This document shows, piece by piece, positions 58,756 through 64,000 of a stretch of 64,000 nucleotides of DNA. The stretch is from Bacteroidales bacterium (GTDB lineage Bacteria > Bacteroidota > Bacteroidia > Bacteroidales > F082). The DNA lies in contig JAUXMV010000019.1 in the NCBI GenBank assembly GCA_030683155.1, forward strand, positions 6,422 through 70,421, written 5' to 3'. Numbering within the stretch: position 1 is the first letter of the stretch; the number at the start of each line of letters is the position of its first letter. The notes beneath the pieces are model-generated. The model did not search any database and had not been told where the DNA came from. It saw only the letters and a program-made list of their open reading frames with translations. The position numbers were made by a program, and so were the translations under genes.

Positions 58756-59111
58756 TTTCTTTTCTTTTTAATGATTTCTTTATCTTCAAAATATCGTGAA
58801 CGAACTTGCTTTGCTTTTTGGATTTCGCTGTCAGGTGTTTTACTGGTTTTCTTGACTATTCCATGTGTTGAAACAACAAGTGTATTCTCAGAATCTGTCT
58901 TGTCCCAAAATGCTAACAATCTGTATTGCAGCCCTTGATGAAGTGCTTTGAACTCCCAGATTTCATCTTTCAGTTTTTTGAAAAGTTCAGGATCATGTCT
59001 TGTCTGCGCTTTACGAATATTAAAAAGGATTTTTTCGTAGTGTTTCTTTTCAAGACTGCTGAGAAATTCAAAAGTTTCATCTAAAAAAACAATTTCAAAA
59101 AGCTTGTCCAT
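58752..59111 (-). CDS. Type II toxin, RelE/ParE superfamily (Gp49/DUF891-like)
   Basis: 119 aa. The organisation, with a small basic protein upstream of an XRE antitoxin, and the IWEFKA...YRLLAF motif are typical of HigB/Gp49-like toxins. Confidence 0.75.
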   Translation of the reverse strand: MDKLFEIVFLDETFEFLSSLEKKHYEKILFNIRKAQTRHDPELFKKLKDEIWEFKALHQGLQYRLLAFWDKTDSENTLVVSTHGIVKKTSKTPDSEIQKAKQVRSRYFEDKEIIKKKRK

Positions 59112-59195
59112 TCATTTAATTCTTGATAGTGCAAAGATACAGTAATGTTTCATTATATAGAAACTATTTTTGGGTTGTGATTTTTCTCACTTTGG

Positions 59196-59331
59196 CCCAA
59201 ACGGACGTTTTGCAGATTTGCGATGGGCGGAACTTATACCATAAATGTTGATGCGGAGAACCAAACTTTGATTAACCACAAATGTGTCTGCGGAGCACTG
59301 AACCGCCACTTTTGCCAAACCCGTGTTATAG
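59196..59331 (-). repeat. Element D: 136-nt imperfect palindrome
   Basis: On the minus strand, CTATAACACGGGTTTGGCAAAAGTGGCGG pairs imperfectly with CCGCCCATCGCAAATCTGCAAAACGTCCGTTTGGG. It lies 50 nt downstream of the PH-domain gene stop. Confidence 0.6.
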
Positions 59332-59379
59332 GGCGTTTTTCTTTCGGTCGTCAATGAGTTGTCTGTCCACATAGTTGTT

Positions 59380-59871
59380 TTAATTTGCTATGAAATGTTC
59401 GTAAAGCCAATAAATCAAATATCCAACTGCAATAAGTCTAACGATAATACTAAACGCGGAATGTTTTACTTGTCCTTTTTCAAGTGTCAATGGAAGTTGT
59501 TGTTGATTCGACCATTCTGAATTTAGTTGCATTCCGAATTGATAGTTTTTGTCGTCAGTTGTTTGAACTTTTAAAACTTGTCCACCACCAAAAAGCGAAT
59601 TGATTTTTATTAATTGAGCAGTCGCAATGGTGTCAAGAGGAATTGTCCACTTACCACAAACAAGTTTTTTGTCTGTCAGTAAAACAACTGCTCGTTGTGA
59701 AGTAACCCAATCGAGTCCACGCTGAATGTCTTGATTTGTAGTCGTCACTATACCTTTACTTGCGTCTGCCGCCAAAACCCTTTCGTTCGGATTGTTAAGT
59801 TCAAACTTTCGCCTTACTCGTCTTGTCCCGTAAATTAGGTCAACAAGTCCTTTTAATAGTTGATTTATCAT
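59380..59871 (-). CDS. Bacterial PH-domain-like protein with C-terminal TM helix
   Basis: 163-aa ORF. The central region resembles bPH/YdbT-like domains and the tail (FSIIVRLIAVGYLIYWLY) is hydrophobic. Assignment is tentative. Confidence 0.55.
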   Translation of the reverse strand: MINQLLKGLVDLIYGTRRVRRKFELNNPNERVLAADASKGIVTTTNQDIQRGLDWVTSQRAVVLLTDKKLVCGKWTIPLDTIATAQLIKINSLFGGGQVLKVQTTDDKNYQFGMQLNSEWSNQQQLPLTLEKGQVKHSAFSIIVRLIAVGYLIYWLYEHFIAN

Positions 59872-60019
59872 TGTCGTTGTGTCGTATTTTAAAATCCTGA
59901 CTAACGTTTTTGTTAAATACTGATCTTCAATTATTTACATCTCATTGATCTATTCGAAATTTATGTTCTATTTCCACTAAACGTTAGCTTCCGAAATCAA
60001 CTTTTGTAAAGTAGGGTGA

Positions 60020-60245
60020 ATTCTGACTAACGTTTCCATAACTAATTGTATTCGTGTAATTTACAATTTACTAATTTGTAAATCATCGGTAGTCAGGGCA
60101 AATTTATCGATTTGTTTTTAAACAGGCTTTGCAAATCCGGGTTTTCTTTTCCTGTCTAGAAACAGATGGTCAGTGGGCTCGTTGTGAGCTGTTCAGGTAT
60201 TCCCGCTCCTAAACCAAAAATACCCAAAACCGCTCTTTTGAATAC
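60020..60245 (-). repeat. Non-coding element A, copy 2 (inverted relative to copy 1)
   Basis: The reverse complement aligns with 14780-15003. It contains the same TAAATTTG box (60099-60106) pointing toward the PH-domain gene. Confidence 0.85.
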
Positions 60246-60413
60246 TAGACCAACCTTGCAAAAGACAATAGAAAGTCCAAAAACCTGCTATTCTTCAAAG
60301 AACCTCTGTTCAAATATATGGCAAAAAACACCAAAAACCGTCAATATGTGCATAACACCTTCTGGCTCTGGGTGGATGTAGTTCAATCCCAGAAGTTTCG
60401 GGAACTCATCGCT

Positions 60414-60439
60414 GGGTTTCCGACTTGTCGGAACAGACC
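60414..60439 (-). repeat. Partial third copy of the element-B distal end
   Basis: GGGTTTCCGACTTGTCGGAACAGACC shares its first 7 nt (GGGTTTC) and last 7 nt (ACAGACC) with 58342-58367 (GGGTTTCGCTGAACAACGTACAGACC). Confidence 0.45.
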
Positions 60440-60533
60440 GTTCAGAGTCCTATTTATTGGTGACTGGTGTTCATTCATATCCGACTGTATGTCATTTATT
60501 TAGCTTTTATTTTCTTGTCATTCTCAACCTGCA

Positions 60534-60703
60534 CCAACCTACCCACGAAGCATAAATTTATTCTGTCTTTTTGATCGTGGCAGTCCTAAAACCGCCCTGA
60601 AAGGCTGTTTCTTGGGATTGAAAGGCGGAAGCTCTTTTGCAAGCCTTTGGTTTGACCGTTGGCTCGTGTGGACTTGCAAATGTGCTAACGACTGTGGGTT
60701 GGC
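60534..60703 (-). repeat. Element E: about 170-nt imperfect palindrome abutting the hsdM stop codon
   Basis: On the minus strand GCCAACCCAC pairs with GTGGGTAGGTTGG (60534-60546 on plus-strand coordinates). There is an inner CCGCC / GGCGG stem. Confidence 0.5.
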
Positions 60704-62161
60704 TTAATCCATATTTTCCTTTATAGTTTTAAAACTTGCTAATGCACTTTCAATATTATCAATAATCTCGTCTAATAATATTTCTGGTTCAGGGAGATTT
60801 TCTAAATCAATTAACTTATCATCTTTAAGCCAGAAAATATCAAGATTAGTTTTGTCTCTGGCAATTAAATCTTTGTAATCGTATTTTCGCCAACGACCAT
60901 CTTCATTTTTGTCACTCCAGGTTTCCTTACGTTTAGTCCTATCATAAGCTTGATAACATTCTACAAACTCTTTCAGATGTTCAACCCGAAGCGGATTCTT
61001 CTTTGGTGTATGTCTAACATTTGTCCGATAATCATAATACCAAACTTCTTTTGTTGCAGGCGTTTTCTGTTCTGTGTTTCTTTCAAAAAACAAAACATTT
61101 GCTTTTACTCCTTGTGCATAGAATATTCCTGTTGGAAGTCTTAAAATTGTATGCAAATCTGTTTCTTCCAAAAGTTTTTTGCGGATTGTTTCGCCTGCAC
61201 CACCTTCAAATAAAACATTGTCCGGAAGTACAACGGCTGCACGTCCATTTGCGTTAAGCATAGTTACAATATGCTGCAAAAATGCTAATTGTTTATTACT
61301 TGTTGTAACCCAAAAGTCTTCACGAAGAAAGTATCCATCTTTCTCAGATTGTTTTTTATCAACCGTGGGAATATCGCTACTGCTGATTCCAAAGGGAGGA
61401 TTGGCAAGAATAATATTTACTTTTTCTGAATCTTTAACTTTGCCTTCTTTCCCTCTTTTTAAACTGTCAGTAACCTCAATGTCGGGCGTTTTTATCAGGT
61501 CGCCAATTCCATGAAGAAACAAATTCATTAAGCATAAACGTGCCGTAGATTTTTCAATTTCCCAGCCGTGAAAAGTATCAAACTTTAAGAAGTTTGCTTC
61601 GGAGGATGTTAAACTTTTTTGATTTAAGTAATTCACCGCTCCTAGAAAAAAACCACCGGTTCCACAAGCAGGGTCTGCAATGGTTTCCTTCGGTTTAGGT
61701 TGAATACATTCTACCATTGCAGAAATGACCGGTCTTGGAGTGAAATATTGACCAGCACCACTGTTTTCAGCATTCTTTTGCAATAACGACTCGTAAATTT
61801 CTCCTTTGATATCAGTTTCTTTTGATGTCCAATTTTCTTCATCAATAAGATTGATTAATTTCTTGAGTTTTACTGAATCATGGATTTTGTTTTGAGCACC
61901 GGCAAATATTTTTTCAAGCATTCCTCCAGAAGTAGAAAGCTCTTTTAAAACTCTTTCATAGTTTTCAATCAATGGTTTTTTTGTTTTCAAAGTTTGCCAG
62001 TCACAACCAGATGGAATATTATATTGGCTCATATTCTCATCTGCCATTTTTAGGAATAGCAAAAAAGTTAACTGTTCCAAATAATCGCCATATCCTAAAC
62101 CATCATCTCTTAAAGTGTCACAAAATGACCATATTTTTGCTACTAATATATTTGTTGCCAT
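60704..62161 (-). CDS. hsdM: Type I restriction-modification system methyltransferase subunit
   Basis: Has an HsdM N-terminal domain (WSFCDTLRDDG...YLEQLTFLLFLK), the AdoMet motif DPACGTGGF and the catalytic NPPFG. Confidence 0.9.
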   Translation of the reverse strand: MATNILVAKIWSFCDTLRDDGLGYGDYLEQLTFLLFLKMADENMSQYNIPSGCDWQTLKTKKPLIENYERVLKELSTSGGMLEKIFAGAQNKIHDSVKLKKLINLIDEENWTSKETDIKGEIYESLLQKNAENSGAGQYFTPRPVISAMVECIQPKPKETIADPACGTGGFFLGAVNYLNQKSLTSSEANFLKFDTFHGWEIEKSTARLCLMNLFLHGIGDLIKTPDIEVTDSLKRGKEGKVKDSEKVNIILANPPFGISSSDIPTVDKKQSEKDGYFLREDFWVTTSNKQLAFLQHIVTMLNANGRAAVVLPDNVLFEGGAGETIRKKLLEETDLHTILRLPTGIFYAQGVKANVLFFERNTEQKTPATKEVWYYDYRTNVRHTPKKNPLRVEHLKEFVECYQAYDRTKRKETWSDKNEDGRWRKYDYKDLIARDKTNLDIFWLKDDKLIDLENLPEPEILLDEIIDNIESALASFKTIKENMD

Positions 62162-62170
62162 AATTTGTAT

Positions 62171-63064
62171 CTATTGTAAAACCATAATTGCATCTTCTAG
62201 CCATTCATGGTTTTTTTCTTTTGATTTTATTTTTATAAAGCTTTTTACGACCATTGAAAACGGTTGTGTTATTGAAGATAGTTCTGCCAGTTTAGAATAA
62301 CATTCATCTATTGTTTCTTCGCGTTTGATTTCATCGTCAAAGTAGGTTCTGAGATAATTATTCGCAAAAGAAACAATGTTATCACATTTATCCCACACAC
62401 CTTTTCGCCCTCTTTTTAAAGGTGTTTGAACTAAGCCATAATGTTTTATGGAAACAGAACCTTTTCTATATCTCATAATATTTTCTTCTTTTGTATAAGT
62501 TGGATACACCTCTCCATTTTTATCAAACGAAATCAACGAACAATCTCGCGGTTTTATCGGGTCTAACAGTAAAGGTCTTTCACAGGTACAATACAAATCC
62601 TCAGGTTCAGCAATTGGGGAGTTATCTTCTAATGGAAAAAAGTCTCCTTTCCCATAAACCTCTTCACCCTCAGCAAATCTGTCTTTCCTAAGCTTATTGA
62701 CTAATGAACCAGCCAATCGATAATTTTTCCAATGATATGATAACCACCAATACCCGTCATCTCGAATAACTATTTTATTATCATTCTTTGACTTTGATTT
62801 TGGTCGATAGTGTTCAATTTCCCATTCACTTGAACTTTCAGGTGCTTCAGAATACCAACATTTATTACCACTTAATTTTGACAATGCAGGATAAAGCTCC
62901 CTCCAATAATTATTTTTACTCCAATAAACAGCTCTTTCTGGTTTTGACAAACCTTTAATTGCATTTGAATGCTTTTCTGCTTGCTCAAGCCAGCTTTCAA
63001 AAGCACCTTCACCTTTTATATTGTCGTAAACTTCTGGGAGTCTATCTATTTGAATAAATCTCAT
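62171..63064 (-). CDS. HNH-type nuclease, TIGR02646/PtuB-like
   Basis: The CWYSE....EIEHYRPKS...WKNYRLAGSLVN layout matches the PtuB-type HNH core. Its start overlaps the upstream ATPase stop by 1 nt (TAATG). Confidence 0.7.
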   Translation of the reverse strand: MRFIQIDRLPEVYDNIKGEGAFESWLEQAEKHSNAIKGLSKPERAVYWSKNNYWRELYPALSKLSGNKCWYSEAPESSSEWEIEHYRPKSKSKNDNKIVIRDDGYWWLSYHWKNYRLAGSLVNKLRKDRFAEGEEVYGKGDFFPLEDNSPIAEPEDLYCTCERPLLLDPIKPRDCSLISFDKNGEVYPTYTKEENIMRYRKGSVSIKHYGLVQTPLKRGRKGVWDKCDNIVSFANNYLRTYFDDEIKREETIDECYSKLAELSSITQPFSMVVKSFIKIKSKEKNHEWLEDAIMVLQ

Positions 63065-64000
63065 TACTTCTGTGCTTTTATTCTTTGCAAAACTCGTTCA
63101 ACAGCTTTTTTACTTTCTTCTTTTAACAATATTTTTTCATCATTTGAATATTCTACTTTCTGCATTAACTCATTTTTTGACATTTCAGCTAAGAAAAGTT
63201 TGAAAAATTGGTCTTCTACTTCTTCGTAAAAGCCAAACTCCTCTAATTCAACCTTTAATTTTTGATATTCATTATACTCATTTGCATCAAGTTCGTCTCG
63301 CATTAGTCGACCTTGCAGGTATCTTTTTCTGTTAAGCTTTTCTTGTGTGTTTTTATCTAAAATTGTTGGCATCCCAAACAATTCACTAGTTAAGATACCA
63401 GCAACCCCCAAACCTTTAGGACTAACATCAGGTTCAATTACTTCTGTTTTATATTTTTCGTCTCTTTTAAACACTCTTACTTGTTCTTTTTCCATACCTC
63501 CAATCACAAGTGGGTCATGAGAACAAAAAACGATTTGTGTTCTTTTTGAATTATGAACTACACTATCCAAGAACTCAAGATATTTCCATTTCCACATTGG
63601 ATTTAAATGAGTATCCGGTTCATCTAATAAGATAAGTGCTTCATCATCTTTTGTGAATTTCAGAAGACCAAGAACTGTAATCAATTGCTTCTCTCCTTCA
63701 CTCAACTCACCCATTGCAAGTTCACCTTTTATGTTTTCCTTAACAACTTTTATTCGAACATCTTGGTCTTCTACTAATTCGGAATAATGCAAACTACATA
63801 AAGCATTAAATAATGGGATTTTACTTTTATACATTTTCATGTCAACCAAAGAGTCGAATGTCTCTTTATCTTTTATGAACAGGAACAGTCTATTTAGAGT
63901 TTCCCTTTTATTTAAAGAACCTTTCACTGTTTCCTTGTAAAACATTGGAGCTGTTGAAAAATTCCACAAATCATCAATAAACCTCCGCACAAGACCGTCA
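63064..64000 (-). CDS. ABC/AAA_21-type ATPase, PtuA-like (5' end outside window)
   Basis: Has an ABC signature-like LSEGEKQ, Walker B ILLDEPDTHLNP and H-loop CSHDP. The frame stays open to the window edge, so Walker A is not visible. Confidence 0.75.
   Translation of the reverse strand, partial: DGLVRRFIDDLWNFSTAPMFYKETVKGSLNKRETLNRLFLFIKDKETFDSLVDMKMYKSKIPLFNALCSLHYSELVEDQDVRIKVVKENIKGELAMGELSEGEKQLITVLGLLKFTKDDEALILLDEPDTHLNPMWKWKYLEFLDSVVHNSKRTQIVFCSHDPLVIGGMEKEQVRVFKRDEKYKTEVIEPDVSPKGLGVAGILTSELFGMPTILDKNTQEKLNRKRYLQGRLMRDELDANEYNEYQKLKVELEEFGFYEEVEDQFFKLFLAEMSKNELMQKVEYSNDEKILLKEESKKAVERVLQRIKAQK

Noticed and set aside
59187-59372. 61-aa minus-strand ORF (MWTDNSLTTERK...)
   Set aside because: It lies wholly within palindromic element D. 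Its sequence follows the two arms of the palindrome and does not look like a protein.
60166-60503. Two overlapping plus-strand ORFs of 71 and 61 aa
   Set aside because: They sit inside repeat A' and the adjacent non-coding repeats. The other A copy does not preserve the frames.
60246-60703. Possible hsdS remnant downstream of hsdM
   Set aside because: No minus-strand reading frame or target-recognition-domain-like translation was found. The region is made of palindromic repeats.
14683-60703. Calling the A/B-bracketed region a transposon, prophage or integrative element
   Set aside because: No transposase, integrase, recombinase or phage gene is present in the window, and the interior is ordinary chromosomal content. 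Only the repeat architecture is reported.

Overview
The window looks like a Bacteroidota chromosome segment. Evidence: a SusC/SusD pair, a T9SS C-terminal sorting domain, a tmRNA with tag GENNFALAA, and TAnnTTTG-type promoter boxes. No rRNA, tRNA, CRISPR array, transposase or integrase gene was found.

Layout:
- 1-3.9 kb: a multi-PAS LytS-type kinase with a LytTR response regulator.
- 3.9-14.7 kb: a tightly packed, almost unidirectional run of small unrelated accessory genes. It holds two GNATs, a decayed SAM-methyltransferase pseudogene, nudC, a beta-lactamase-like hydrolase, an esterase, YbjQ, OsmC, DUF3795, cupins, an ICMT-like gene and rsgA.
- 14.7-18.2 kb: an ECF sigma unit framed by conserved non-coding elements.
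- 18.4-34.5 kb: a beta-glucoside/cellobiose utilisation locus (GH3, aldo-keto reductase, GH94 cellobiose phosphorylase, GPH symporter, Nudix-type regulator, SusC/SusD, mutarotase).
- 34.5-38.6 kb: a CotH/LTD/T9SS protein, lpxA and an archaemetzincin.
- 38.7-46.4 kb: the most unusual locus. A sigma-54 activator and a kinase with periplasmic CXXCH motifs sit next to an orphan HybA/NrfC-like FeS protein plus an NrfD-like membrane protein. These are bracketed by two membrane-tethered GcvH-fold paralogs.
- 47-52.6 kb: an RND efflux operon.
- 52.9-53.3 kb: tmRNA.
- 53.5-58.3 kb: a two-component system, a PQQ sugar dehydrogenase and an EEP-family protein.
- 58.3-64 kb: a defence-type end. It holds a RelE/Gp49-like toxin with an XRE antitoxin, a PH-domain protein, long palindromic non-coding elements, a terminal hsdM, and a Septu-like HNH plus ABC-ATPase pair cut by the window edge.

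A family of long non-coding elements (called A, B, D, E here) recurs in inverted orientation at 14.7-18.2 kb and 58.3-60.7 kb.
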